NCBI GenBank assembly: GCA_963803785.1
Contig: CAWDNM010000001.1
Span: 244,223-308,222 of the forward strand
From: an uncultured Coriobacteriia bacterium
GTDB taxonomy: Bacteria; Actinomycetota; Coriobacteriia; Anaerosomatales; JAAXUF01
DNA: 64,000 nt
Direction of reading: 5' to 3'
The notes below the pieces were generated by a model. It saw only the letters and a list, made by a program, of their open reading frames with translations. It did not search any database and was not told the origin of the DNA. This document shows positions 24,024 through 36,767 of the stretch, piece after piece. The position numbers and the translations under genes were made by a program. The stretch's first letter is position 1. Every line of letters begins with the position of its first letter.

Positions 24024-24881
24024 CTACCCCAGGGCCTTCACCATCGCAAGCGCCTGGACCGTCGCGCCGACGTCATGGACGCGCACGATGTCAGCCCCGC
24101 GAGCGGCGGCCCAGACCGCCGCCTCGACCGAACCGCCAACCCGCTCTGATGGCTCGTCAACGCCCGTCAGCTCGCCGATGAAGCGCTTGCGCGAGACGCC
24201 GAGCGACCACGGGGTAGCCGAGCGCGGCCAGCTGCGGCAGCGCCTGCAGCAGCGCGAGGTTGTGCTCGAGCGTCTTGCCGAAGCCGATGCCCGGGTCGAT
24301 CGCGATCCGCTCGCGCGCGACGCCGGCCGCCTCGAGCACGGCCGCCTGGGCGAGCAGGTAGCCGCCGACCTCGGTGACGACATCGTCGTAGCGCCGGCTG
24401 CGTCCTGCATCGTCCCCGGCTCGCCGAGCATGTGCATGACCACCAGGCCCGCCTCGCACCCGGCGGCGACCTCGACCATCTCGCGGCTGCGAAAGCCGGA
24501 CACGTCGTTGATGATGCTCGCGCCGGCCTCGACGCAGGCCGATGCCACCTCGGCGTTGCGCGTGTCGATCGAGACGGGAACATCGTCGTCAGCCGCGAAA
24601 CGCCGCACCACCGGGCGTACTCGAGCGAGCTCACCCGAAGGCGGCAGCGGGCTCGCGCCCGGGCGTGTGGACTCGCCACCGATGTCGAGTATCGCCGCAC
24701 CGTCGGCGATCAGGCGCTCGCCCCAGGTGACGGCCGACGCGGGGTTCTCGTGCTGTCCGCCATCGGAGAACGAGTCGGGCGTGACGTTCAGGATGCCCAT
24801 GACGAGCGGACGGTCGAGCACGAGCTCGAAGCGGCCGCAGCGCCACACCCGAGGAGGACGAACCGGCTCGGGGTCTGCCAC
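24024..24881 (-). CDS. folP: Dihydropteroate synthase (frameshifted)
   Basis: MGILNVTPDSFSDGG, DIGGESTRPG, SIDT, INDVSG, DPGIGFGK, SRKRF, RVHDV. Confidence 0.95.
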   Translation of the reverse strand: MADPEPVRPPRVWRCGRFELVLDRPLVMGILNVTPDSFSDGGQHENPASAVTWGERLIADGAAILDIGGESTRPGASPLPPSGELARVRPVVRRFAADDDVPVSIDTRNAEVASACVEAGASIINDVSGFRSREMVEVAAGCEAGLVVMHMLGEPGTMQDAAGATTMSSPRSAATCSPRRPCSRRPASRASGSRSTRASASARRSSTTSRCCRRCRSWPRSATPWSLGVSRKRFIGELTGVDEPSERVGGSVEAAVWAAARGADIVRVHDVGATVQALAMVKALG

Positions 24882-24921
24882 TGTGTCCTCGCCAGGCACT
24901 CCGGCGTTTCGGCCGGCTCGC

Positions 24922-25495
24922 TCATCGGCGGCTTCGATCGGTGATGAGCGACATCGCCTCGGCGCGCGTCGCGGCCTTGCGCTCGAAGATGCCGCGCACC
25001 GCACTGGTGACCGTCTCGGAGCCGGGCTTCTTCACGCCGCGCATCGACATGCACAGGTGCTCGGCCTCGATGACCACGATGACGCCGGCCGGATCGAGGT
25101 GCTCGACGATGGTGTCGGCGATCTGCGAGGTCATGCGCTCCTGGACCTGCGGGCGCTTGGCGAAGACGTCGACCACGCGCGCGAGCTTCGAGAGCCCGCA
25201 GATGCGGCCGTCCTTGCCCGGGATGTAGGCGACGTGGGCGCGGCCCATGAACGGCACGAGATGATGCTCGCACACCGAGTAGAGCGGGATGTCGCGCACG
25301 AGCACCATCTCCTGATGGCCCTCGTTGAAGGTGACGGCGAAATGCTCGGCCGGGTCCTGCGTCAGGCCGGCGAAGATCTCCTCGTACATGTCGGCGACGC
25401 GGCGCGGCGTGTCGAGCAGGCCTTCTCGGCTCGACGTCTTCACCAACGCCTTCGAGGATGAGTCGCACGCCCTGTTCGATCTTGTCGCGATCCAT
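24922..25495 (-). CDS. folE: GTP cyclohydrolase I (frameshifted near start)
   Basis: [43 protein letters not shown]. Confidence 0.95.
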
Positions 25496-25596
25496 CTGTG
25501 CCCCTCGTCTCGGCCGCACCGTCCTGTGCGGCGCATACGCTCAGGGTACCCGACTCTCGCCCTCAGGCGCGCGGGTCTCCCATCCGAGCGCGGAGC

Positions 25597-26244
25597 TCAG
25601 CCGTTGAGCCGGATCAATCCGGACTTCACCGCGGCGAGAACCGCCTGCGTGCGATCGGCGGCATCGAGCTTCCTCAGGATGTGGCTGACGTGCGTCTTGA
25701 CCGTGGTCTCACCGATCCAGAGTGCGCGGCCGATCTCCTTGTTCGAGAAACCCTTCGCCATGAGGTCGAGTACTTCGACCTCGCGCTCGGACAGCGTGTT
25801 CGCGTCGTGGTGCTCGGCTCGCTGGGCATGGTCCATGGCCATCCGCTCGGCAACCGAGTGGTCGAAGACCGACTGTCCCGTCGCGACGCAGCGGACTGCC
25901 TCGACCACCCTCTCGGGGGTCGTGTCCTTCAGGATGAAGCCGCACGCTCCGGCGTCGAGGGCGGCAAAGACCTCGTCGTCGCCGTGGGAGCCGCTCAGGA
26001 TGATGACGGCCGTCTGGGGACTGCGCGCAAGCACTTCTCGGCAGATCTCTGCGCCGCTCGCGACCGGCATCCGCAGGCCCAAGACGAGCACGTCGGGCTT
26101 GGTCCCCGCACACCCGGCGACCGTGGTTTCGCCGTCTGCCGCCTCGCCCACGACCGTGAGGTCCGGCTCGGCTTCGAGGAGCTGTTTGAGGGCGTAGCGA
26201 ACGAGTTCGTAGTCGTCAGCTATGAAGACGCCGACCTTGTCCAC
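25597..26244 (-). CDS. Orphan NarL/LuxR-family response regulator
   Basis: FIADD receiver start; LSEREVEVL..GFSNKEIG..TVKTHVSHILRKL HTH; phospho-acceptor position reads Gly. Confidence 0.9.
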   Translation of the reverse strand: MDKVGVFIADDYELVRYALKQLLEAEPDLTVVGEAADGETTVAGCAGTKPDVLVLGLRMPVASGAEICREVLARSPQTAVIILSGSHGDDEVFAALDAGACGFILKDTTPERVVEAVRCVATGQSVFDHSVAERMAMDHAQRAEHHDANTLSEREVEVLDLMAKGFSNKEIGRALWIGETTVKTHVSHILRKLDAADRTQAVLAAVKSGLIRLNG

Positions 26245-26305
26245 GGCTGCCTCCAGCCTCTGGCCCTACGGCGATCGTCTTCTTCTACGTACCCAGCTGG
26301 GCGGA

Positions 26306-28304
<1,999 letters not shown>

Positions 28305-28349
28305 GGTTCCCGGTTCTCCTCGGGGATGAGCGCGTGTATGTGCGCGCGA

Positions 28350-28896
28350 CTAGTCTGCGTAGATCTCCGGCTTCAGGACGCCGACGTAGGGCAGGTTGCG
28401 ATAGCGTTCTGCAAAGTCCAGGCCGTAGCCGACGACGAACTCGTCGGCGACGCCGAACCCGACGTACTTACAGTCGATAGGTACCCGCTGCTTGCCTTCC
28501 TTGCTCAGCAGCGCGACGATCTCCAGCGATGCCGGCTTGCGCGATGCGAGGTTCTTGAGCAGGTACTTCAGCGTGAGGCCGGTGTCGAGGATGTCCTCGC
28601 ACACGAGGACGTGGCGACCTTCGATGGTCTCGTCGAGGTCCTTGAGGATGCGCACGACGCCACTCGACTTGGTCGACGAGCCATAGCTCGAGACCGCCAT
28701 GAAGTCGAGTTCGACCGGCGACGAGATGGCGCGCGCCAGGTCCGCGACGAAGATGGCGGCACCGCGCAAGCACGGCCACGAGCAGTACCGGCTCGTCGCC
28801 GTAGTCCGCGCTGATCTGCGCCCCGAGCTCGCGGATGCGGGCCTGGATGTCGTCCTCGCTCAGTACGATGTGCGAGATGTCTGCGTGCAGATCCAT
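28350..28896 (-). CDS. hpt: Hypoxanthine phosphoribosyltransferase (frameshifted)
   Basis: [33 protein letters not shown]; tilS-hpt-ftsH synteny. Confidence 0.96.
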
Positions 28897-28926
28897 GCGC
28901 GTGTCGTCGTCCCTTCCCCGCGTACG

Positions 28927-30356
28927 TCAGCCGTCCCCGCGAACGGGGTCCGGCTCCCATCGTTGCCACGTCAGCCGCACGGCACGAGCCGTGTCGGCGC
29001 CGATCCGGTACTCCTCGCTCATCCGCACCCCGGCGAGCCACACGATGCGATCGCCATCTCGCACGACCGGGGTGGCCGCACGATCCCGTCGCGGTACCTT
29101 CGCGTCGACGAGCAGGTCAGAGAGCTTGCGGGAGCCTTCCATGCCGAGGGGCCGCATCCGGTCTCCGGGGCGCGGCGCGTCTACGACGAGCCGGTCCAGG
29201 CCACCGGCATCGATCGTCACCGAGTCAGGCGTCTCCCGCGATATCCGCGAGATCGACCTGCTCGGCGACGATGAGCCCCGCCGGACCGAGGTCGGCGGTA
29301 CCGGGTATGGGGAGCAAGGAAGGTGCCACCGCCCGTGGGGTCTCCCCCGCGCGCGAGACGACAAGTTTAGCGTACTCGGTCTCAGCCCGCAGACCTCCCG
29401 AGAGGTCACGCGCAAACGACTCGTCGCCGAGACCGTCCACGATGGCCTCGACGTGCGCCGACTCCAGTCGCGAGGCATCCGGAAACGCGTCCAGAATCGC
29501 CGAGCGGACCGTGCGCCGCGCCATCGCGCGGTCGAGGGTCGCCATCCACTCGCGGTCGAAGACGACGCGCCCTCGGGCAGTGACGTCGGCGAAGTCCCGC
29601 GCGTGGATCGCGGCCATCGCGCTCAGCAGCGCATCGTCGTCGGCCACCAGATCGATGGAGCGCGCAAGGGTGGCTCGGAATGCCGGGTTGGCCCGCTCGA
29701 ACACAGGGACCAGTTCGTGGCGGACGAGGGCGCGCATGCGTGTGGTGTCGGCGTTGGATGCGTCTTCTCGCCAAGGGGCGCCGTAGCTCCGTCGAGCCAG
29801 TCGCGGATCGCAGCGTTCGGTCGCAGTCGAGCAGCGGGCGAACGATGCGGCCGCGCTGGTAGGGAATCGAGGCGAACCCGCCGGTGCCGGCCCCGGTGAT
29901 GGCGCGCATCAGGAAGGTCTCGACGCGGTCGTCACGGTTGTGCGCGACGGCGATGCGACCTGACTCGCGCGCCACTCCGGCGGCGTCGCACAGCGCGTCG
30001 AGCTCCTCCTCGGCGAAGCGGTAGCGAACACGGCGGCCGGCGTCCTCGAGGTTGAGGGCGTCGTCGGCCGCGTAGGCGGCGACGTCGAAGCGGACCGATG
30101 CGGCAGGTGACGCCGAGTGCGGCGCACTGCTCGGCGACGAAGGTCGCGTCGGCGTCGGCGTCGTCGCGCACGCAGGAGGTGGTTGACGTGGAGCACCGCG
30201 AGCGGTGAGCCGGCGGCGAGCGTCCCCGGTGGCGAGCAGGTGCAGCAGCGAGACGGAGTCGGCGCCGCCGGAGACGAGCGCGAGTACCGGCGCGCCATCG
30301 GGCAGCAGCTGGTGGGAGGCCGAGGTGGCGCGCGCGATGTCAGGGAGCGAAGCCAT
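28927..30356 (-). CDS. tilS: tRNA(Ile)-lysidine synthase (frameshifted)
   Basis: SGGADS PP-loop, HVNH, AHNRDDRVETFLM, RPLL, C-terminal GDRMRPLG..RKLSDLLVDAKVP. Confidence 0.95.
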
Positions 30357-30381
30357 GCGCACAGGGTACCCGAACCGTCTG

Positions 30382-30901
30382 TCACCGTGTCGCGCGGGAC
30401 CCGGTCAGCCCTCGGTCGGCTCGCGCTGCTCCGGCGATCTCGACCACCCAGCGGGCGGTGCGGCCGACGAGCATGGTGCAGTGTGCCCAGCGCTCGGGAT
30501 GGTGCATCCCCCCGATACGCATGACGACCTCGTCGCAGCTCACGGCCCCCTGGTCCTCGATCCATCGCCGCCGCAGCTCACCGGCCGCGTCGTAGCTGGG
30601 CTCCCAGGCGTCGTCTGCCGAGGTGCGTCCCGACGGTCAGGCCGGACGCCATGACGCCACCTGCGAGCGCGCCACAGATGCAACGAGACCCGCCAAGCCC
30701 TTCGCAGAAGCCCGACGCCATGCGAAAGACCTCTGGCGGCATCGGGTGGCCAAGCGCCTCGTTGACGGCCTTGACGACAGACTCGCCGCACCAGTATCCG
30801 GCCTCGTAGTAGCTGGACGCCGCGAACTCCGCGCGATCCGCGGTTGACAGCGGCGCAAGCTCGGTGAGCGATCTGGAAACGCCTGTCGAGGTGGCTGACA
30901 T
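30382..30901 (-). CDS. C-GCAxxG-C-C family putative redox protein (frameshifted)
   Basis: GYWCGESV, ASGFCEGLGG..CICGALAGG, later VSC and WAHC in the shifted frame. Confidence 0.8.
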
Positions 30902-31065
30902 GCGGCCTCTTCTCGAGATTGATAGACTGTTCGCATACAATGTATCATCTCATTGCTATGATGACGCCAGTGGCACGGTCATCGTTTGCAATGGGTACAT
31001 CAGAAGGGAGCTCGGCATCGCCCGTTCTGGGCGGCGAGGTCCTGAGACCTGGAAAGGGGTTTCCA

Positions 31066-32032
31066 ATGTCTGGCAAGTACGCACGCGCTCGCTTTCGCTG
31101 CCCTGCTTGGTGGCGTGCTGCTTCTCGCGGGCTGCACACCGGCCGCCGAGAAGCCGGCGACGCCCGCCGCACCTGCCGCCAAAGAAGGCCCGGAGGTCAA
31201 GGTGGCATCGCTGCTGGACTCCGAAGGCGTCGTCCTGGGGTCGATGGTCATCAAGATGCTCGAGGCCAACGGCATCACGACGGTCGACAAGACGAAGTTC
31301 GGCACGCCCGACGTCGTGCGCAAGGCGCTGCTCGCCGGCGACGTTGACGCATCGATCGACTACACGGGCTCGGGCCAGTACTACGTCGGCCCCGAGGGCG
31401 ACCCGATGTGGAACGACCCGGTGAAGGGCTACGAGCAGATCAAGACCGAGGATGCGAAGAACGGCTTGGCGTGGCTCTCGCCCGCTCCCGCCAACAACGG
31501 CGAGTACCTCGCCGTGAAGAAGGAGTTCGCCGACGCGAACAGCCTCGTCACCATGGAGGACTTCGCGAAGTTCGTGAACGGCGGCGGCACGGTGAAGCTC
31601 ATCGGCGATCAGTCGTGGATGGACAACCCGTCCGGCATGAAGGCCTACGAGAAGGCCTACGGGTTCACGCTGAAGGACGACCAGAAGATCGGCCTGTCCA
31701 ACGGCGTGACCGCGCAGTTCATCGAGGCGGTCGTCAAGGGCACCGACGGCGCGAACGTCGCCGAGGTCTACGCCACCGACGGCGGCCTGGCCGAGCAGGG
31801 ACTCGTCGTGCTGACCGACAGCAAGAACGTTCCGCCGGTCTACGCGCCGACGCCCGTGTTCCGCTCGGCGATCGTGACGGCGTATCCTGAGATCGAGTCG
31901 ATCCTCGCGCCCGTCTTCGCGTCGCTCACCACGCAGAAGCTGCAGGAGCTCAACCGCGAGGTCGCGTTCGGCGGCAAGTCCGGATCGGTGGTCGCCGAGG
32001 AGTACCTCAAGGCGAACGGGTTCCTCAAGTAG
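31066..32032 (+). CDS. Osmoprotectant (glycine betaine/choline-type) ABC transporter substrate-binding lipoprotein, OsmF/YehZ-like
   Basis: Lipobox LLAGC; DYTGSG, PAPANN, YATDGG, PPVYAPTPV, LQELN. Confidence 0.88.
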
Positions 32033-32043
32033 AAAGCCGGGCA

Positions 32044-33231
32044 GTGGCGCAAGTCACCGGCACAGTACGCGAACATGCGAAGGTCGTCGCGGTCACCGGG
32101 GCACTCCTCGGGGTTGCGGCGACCTTCGCTTCGCACGGCATCTCCTTCAACGAGAACCGGATCATCGAGGGCGAGCCGACGTCGCTCGTCGACGGCCTCG
32201 GGGTGTGGGGATGGGTGCTCGTGGGGGTGTGGGCTCGCCGCTGCCCTGGTGTCGCTGAGCCCCCTGCCCGACCGAACTCGCGGCATCGTCGTGACGCTGC
32301 TCGGGGGCGCGGCCCCGGTGCTGATGCTCTGGAGCGCCGGCGCGGCTGCGGCAGCTCACGTGGCCGCCACTTCCGACATCGCGCGGACGTCGCTGCTGCT
32401 GGGCGGCGTGGCTCTCGCTGTTCGCGTCCTACGTCGTGATCTTCGCTGCGACCGCGTGGCTGCAGCCGGGCGTGCTGCGTGGCAGTTCTGACGTATCTGC
32501 CGGTCGCAGGTGTCGTCGTGCTCATGCTGACCGGGCAGCTGTCCGAGCTCGCTGTCGCCCGCGAGTACGCGAACAACGCTGAGATCTTCGCGGTCGAGTT
32601 TCGGCTCCATCTGGCCTACGTCGCCGGTGCGGTTTCCATCGGACTCGTGTCCGGACTGATCCTCGGGCTGCTCGCGGTTCGACGGCGCTCGCTGGAACCG
32701 GCGATCTTCGGCACGCTCAACGTGCTCCAGGTGTTCCCGACGCTCGCGTTCATCGGACTGATGAACCCCATCCTCACGGGCGCGTCCGACCGCATCCCGC
32801 TGCTCAATGCGCTCGGAGTTCGAGGGGTGGGCTGGGCGCCGGTCATCATCGTGCTGTCCGCATACGCCGTGTACCCGATCGCGCGCAACACCTACACCTC
32901 GCTGGCGAGCCTCGACCCCGGAGTGCTCGACGCGGCTCGCGGCGTCGGCATGAGCCGCACGCGGATGCTCGCCGAGATCGAGTTCCCGCTCGCGCTGCCC
33001 ATCATCATCGCCGGCCTGCGCGTCGCGCTCGTCCAGACCACCGCCGGCGCGATCGTCGCGGGCCTGATCGGCGGCGGCGGTCTGGGTACGTTCGTCTTCC
33101 TGGGAGCCGGCGAGACCGCGACCGACCTGATCCTTCTCGGCGTGATTCCCATCATGGTGCTCGCGCTGTTCTTCGACCGGTCCGTGCTCGCGCTGCAGCG
33201 GGCCTTGCAACCTTGGGACACCTCACGATGA
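32044..33231 (+). CDS. Osmoprotectant ABC permease, YehY-like (frameshifted)
   Basis: EAA loop DAARGVGMS, LALPIIIAGLR, GGGGLG. Confidence 0.85.
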
Positions 33232-34203
33232 TCGAGATCAGCGGACTCACCAAGCGCTACGGCGACTTCACCGCGGTCGACCACGTCGATCTCGACGTGG
33301 CCGACGGGGAGTTCGCCGTCCTGCTCGGACCGTCCGGCTCGGGGAAGACCACCATTCTGCGCATGGTGAATCGCATGGTCGAGCCGACGAGCGGCACCGT
33401 CCGCGTCGATGGGCGCGACACCGCCGAGCTCAAGCCCGAGCAGCTGCGGCGGTCGATGGGCTACGTCATCCAGAACACCGGGCTGTTCCCCAACATGACG
33501 ATCCACAGGAACGTCGCGACCGTGCCTCACCTGCTCGGCTGGGACCGCAAGCGCATCGACGCGCGCGTGGACGAGCTGCTCGACCTCGTCGGTCTGGACC
33601 CGGACACCTACGGCCCCAAGCGACCGTCCCAGCTCTCCGGCGGCGAGGCGCAGCGCGTTGGCGTGGCGCGGGCGCTGGCGGCCGACCCTCCGGTGCTGCT
33701 GATGGACGAACCGTTCGGAGCGGTTGACCCCCTGACCCGCGAACGGCTGCAGCACGAGATGAAGCGGCTGCAGGCGAAGGTGCGCAAGACCATCCTGTTC
33801 GTGACCCACGATATCGACGAGGCCGTCTTGCTCGCCGACCGGATCGCGCTGCTTCGCGGCGGTGTCCTGCAGCAGTTCTCTGCGCCGGAGCTCATGTGGC
33901 GCGAGCCGGCCAACGAGTTCGTGAGGAGCTTCTTCGGCGAGAACCTCGGGCTTCGGATCATGGCGCGCCACTGTCTCAGCTCCGTCAAGCTCGAGCCGCT
34001 GCCGGCTGGAGCGACCAACGGACTCCCTACCGCGAGTGGACGCGAGCTCGACGCTGAAGGAGGCGCTCGCCGAGCTGGTCGGCTCGAGGGCCGAGCGCGT
34101 CGTGGTGCTCGACGGCGAGCGACCGCTGGGGACCTTCGGGTTCGACGGATCTCGTGCGTGCGCTGGGCGAGGGAAGCGACAGCTCGGGCTCGTGCGTCGA
34201 TGA
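33228..34203 (+). CDS. Osmoprotectant ABC ATP-binding protein, YehX-like (frameshifted C-terminus)
   Basis: GPSGSGKTT, GYVIQ, LSGGEAQR, LLMDEPFGAVDP. Confidence 0.9.
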
Positions 34204-34230
34204 CGGCGCCAACGCGACAGGCGCCCGGGC

Positions 34231-34983
34231 ATGACCGTGAGCCGCACACGTCTGGCCCTGCACTGGGCGACCGTCGCTGCGCTTGCGGGGGCGACGCTCT
34301 GGATGACGTTCGACGTCGAAGGGTTCTCTCGGCTGCTCGCGTTTCTGGTGCCCGACGTCGACACCGTCATGTATCCCACCAAGCCGCTGTCGACACTGAT
34401 GGCCGAGCAGATCGTTCTGGTCGCCGCGGCGAGCGCGATCTCGCTGGTGGTGGGCTCGATGCTGGGGGCGCTCGCGCTGTCTCGCATCGGCCGCCCGTTT
34501 CGCGACATCATCGTGAGCGTGGGCAGCCTCTCGCAGATGGTGCCGAGCGTCGCCATCATGGCGCTGGCGGTCCCGGTACTCGGATACGGGGCCGAGCCGG
34601 TGGTACTGGCACTCGTGCTCTACAGCATTCTGCCGATCATGCTCAACGTCATCGCGGGCATCGAGGGCGTGCCACCCGACGCCTACGACGCGTCTATCGG
34701 GATGGGGATGTCTCCGGTTCAGCGGTTCTCCTCGGTGCAGCTGCCGCTGGCAATGCCGGTCATCTCGGGCGGCATCAAGAACATGCTCGTCATCAACGTG
34801 AGCGCCGCGACGATGGGCGCGGTCGTGGCCGCAGGCGGCCTGGGTATGCCGATCCTCGCCGGTTTCCACGACTACAACAACGCCTACATCCTCGAGGGCG
34901 CGCTGCCCGCCATCACGTTGGCGCTACTGCTCGACCGGCTCCTCACCTCGCCCGGCGAGCTCACCGTCGAGGCGGTTGCATAG
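34231..34983 (+). CDS. Osmoprotectant ABC permease, YehW-like
   Basis: DASIGMGMS, LPLAMPVI, AGGLG. Confidence 0.88.
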   Translation: MTVSRTRLALHWATVAALAGATLWMTFDVEGFSRLLAFLVPDVDTVMYPTKPLSTLMAEQIVLVAAASAISLVVGSMLGALALSRIGRPFRDIIVSVGSLSQMVPSVAIMALAVPVLGYGAEPVVLALVLYSILPIMLNVIAGIEGVPPDAYDASIGMGMSPVQRFSSVQLPLAMPVISGGIKNMLVINVSAATMGAVVAAGGLGMPILAGFHDYNNAYILEGALPAITLALLLDRLLTSPGELTVEAVA

Positions 34984-35085
34984 GAGCTTGGAACAGGGCA
35001 GGTCGCTGAATCGGGCGCGGTGGCGCGCCGGGTGCGGCGAGAATACACTGGCAAGGTTGAGCCAACCCGTTCACACGGAGGAACC

Positions 35086-36267
35086 GTGACCGCATTCCAC
35101 CTGACCGACCCCGCCCTCTCCCCCATCGCCGAGAAGGTCGTCGCCGGGACGCGTCTGTCCCGAGAGGACGGCATCGCGCTGTACGCGAGCAACGACCTGC
35201 TCGGCGTCGGGCAGCTTGCCGACTTCGCACGCCGGCGCATCAACGGCGACCGCGTGTACTTCATGGTGAACCGCCACATCAACCCCACGAACATCTGCCG
35301 CAATCGCTGCAAGTTCTGCGCGTTCGCGCGCAACGCCGACGAGCCGGGCGCCTACGAGATGACGCTCGACGAGATCGCGAAGGCCGCGGCGGAAGGTGCC
35401 GCGGACGGCGCCTACGAGATCCACATCGTCAGCGGGCTGCATCCGGACTGGAGCTACGACTTCTACATCGACATGGTCGCGCGCTGCCGGGCCGCCGTGC
35501 CCGACCACGTGATCGTCCAAGCCTTCACCGCCGTCGAGATCGAGCACATGGCGATCATCAGCGAGAAGACCACGCGCGAGGTGCTCGTCGACCTGAAGGC
35601 CGCGGGCCTCGACGCGTTGCCCGGCGGCGGCGCGGAGATCTTCGGCGACCGCACGCGTCTGGCGGCCTGGGACAAGAAGACGAAATCCGACGTGTGGCTG
35701 CGCATCCACGGCGAAGCCCACGAGCTGGGCATCGCGACCAACTGCACGATGCTCTACGGCCACATCGAGACGCAGGAGGAGCGTGTCGACCACCTCATCC
35801 GGCTGCGCGAGCAGCAGGACAAGACCGGCGGCTTCCTCGCGTTCATCCCGCTCGCCTTCCACCCCGCCAACACCGAGCTCGCCGACCTGCCTGCGACGAC
35901 CGGCGTCGACGACCTCAAGACGCTGGCCGTCGCACGCCTCATGCTGGACAACATCCCGCACATCAAGGCGTTCTGGATCATGCTCGGCCTGAAGGTCGCG
36001 CAGATCTCGACCGCGTTCGGCGTCGACGACCTCGACGGCACCGTGGTCGAGGAGCGCATCACGCACATGGCGGGCGCGACCACGCCCGAGGCGCTCTCGA
36101 AGGACGACCTCGTCAACATGATCGCGGAGACCGGGCACCTCGCGTTCGAGCGCGACACCCTCTATCGCATCGTGAAGCGCTATGCCGAGGAAGCCGAGAC
36201 GCCAGCCTGGGACGCCGGGCCTATCGGCCAACCGCCGCTGGTAGGATGCGCCGCGAAGGCGACCTGA
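35086..36267 (+). CDS. mqnE: Aminofutalosine synthase (radical SAM)
   Basis: NRHINPTNICRNRCKFC, EIHIVSGLHP, AFTAVEI, PGGGAEIF, MLYGHIET, GFLAFIPL, DNIPHIKAFW. Confidence 0.92.
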   Translation: MTAFHLTDPALSPIAEKVVAGTRLSREDGIALYASNDLLGVGQLADFARRRINGDRVYFMVNRHINPTNICRNRCKFCAFARNADEPGAYEMTLDEIAKAAAEGAADGAYEIHIVSGLHPDWSYDFYIDMVARCRAAVPDHVIVQAFTAVEIEHMAIISEKTTREVLVDLKAAGLDALPGGGAEIFGDRTRLAAWDKKTKSDVWLRIHGEAHELGIATNCTMLYGHIETQEERVDHLIRLREQQDKTGGFLAFIPLAFHPANTELADLPATTGVDDLKTLAVARLMLDNIPHIKAFWIMLGLKVAQISTAFGVDDLDGTVVEERITHMAGATTPEALSKDDLVNMIAETGHLAFERDTLYRIVKRYAEEAETPAWDAGPIGQPPLVGCAAKAT

Positions 36268-36278
36268 TCGGAGACACC

Positions 36279-36767
36279 ATGAGAGCTCTGCCCTCCGGCC
36301 ACTTGGACAAGCGGGTCATCGCGTCGTGGCGTGTCAGCAGGGGTGTCTGGACCGGCGTCATCAGCCTCGTGCTGATCCTCGCCGCTGCGGGAGGGCCGGT
36401 TCTCTTCGAGGGCAGCCTGAACCTGGCGTGGCTGCTCGCGGCCGTCGCGCTCTCGGCCTGCATCGTGGTCGTCTTCGTGGTCGTCGTTCCCCATGTCCGC
36501 TACCGGACGTGGCGCTACGAGGTCACCGACGACGAGATCGACATCCGCAAGGGCGTGTTCGTGCACACACGCATCATCGTGCCACTCGTTCGCGTGCAGC
36601 ACGTGAACACCACGCAGGGGCCGATTCTGCGCGCGTTCGGTCTCGCGTCGGTCTCGGTCGCAACAGCCGCCGGCGAGCAGGAGATACCCGGCCTCTCGGT
36701 CGAGGAGGCCGAGAAGCTGCGCGATCGCGTCGCCGTCCTTGCGAGGCTTGCGCAGGAAGATGTCTGA
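36279..36767 (+). CDS. YdbS-like bacterial PH-domain membrane protein
   Basis: Two TMs, then RYRTWRYEV..KGVF..VPLVRVQHV..QGPILR.FGLA..TAA..IPGL. Confidence 0.88.
   Translation: MRALPSGHLDKRVIASWRVSRGVWTGVISLVLILAAAGGPVLFEGSLNLAWLLAAVALSACIVVVFVVVVPHVRYRTWRYEVTDDEIDIRKGVFVHTRIIVPLVRVQHVNTTQGPILRAFGLASVSVATAAGEQEIPGLSVEEAEKLRDRVAVLARLAQEDV

Noticed and set aside
30971-30990. Sigma-54 promoter (TGGCAC...TTGCA)
   Set aside because: The -24/-12 spacing is 4 nt too long.
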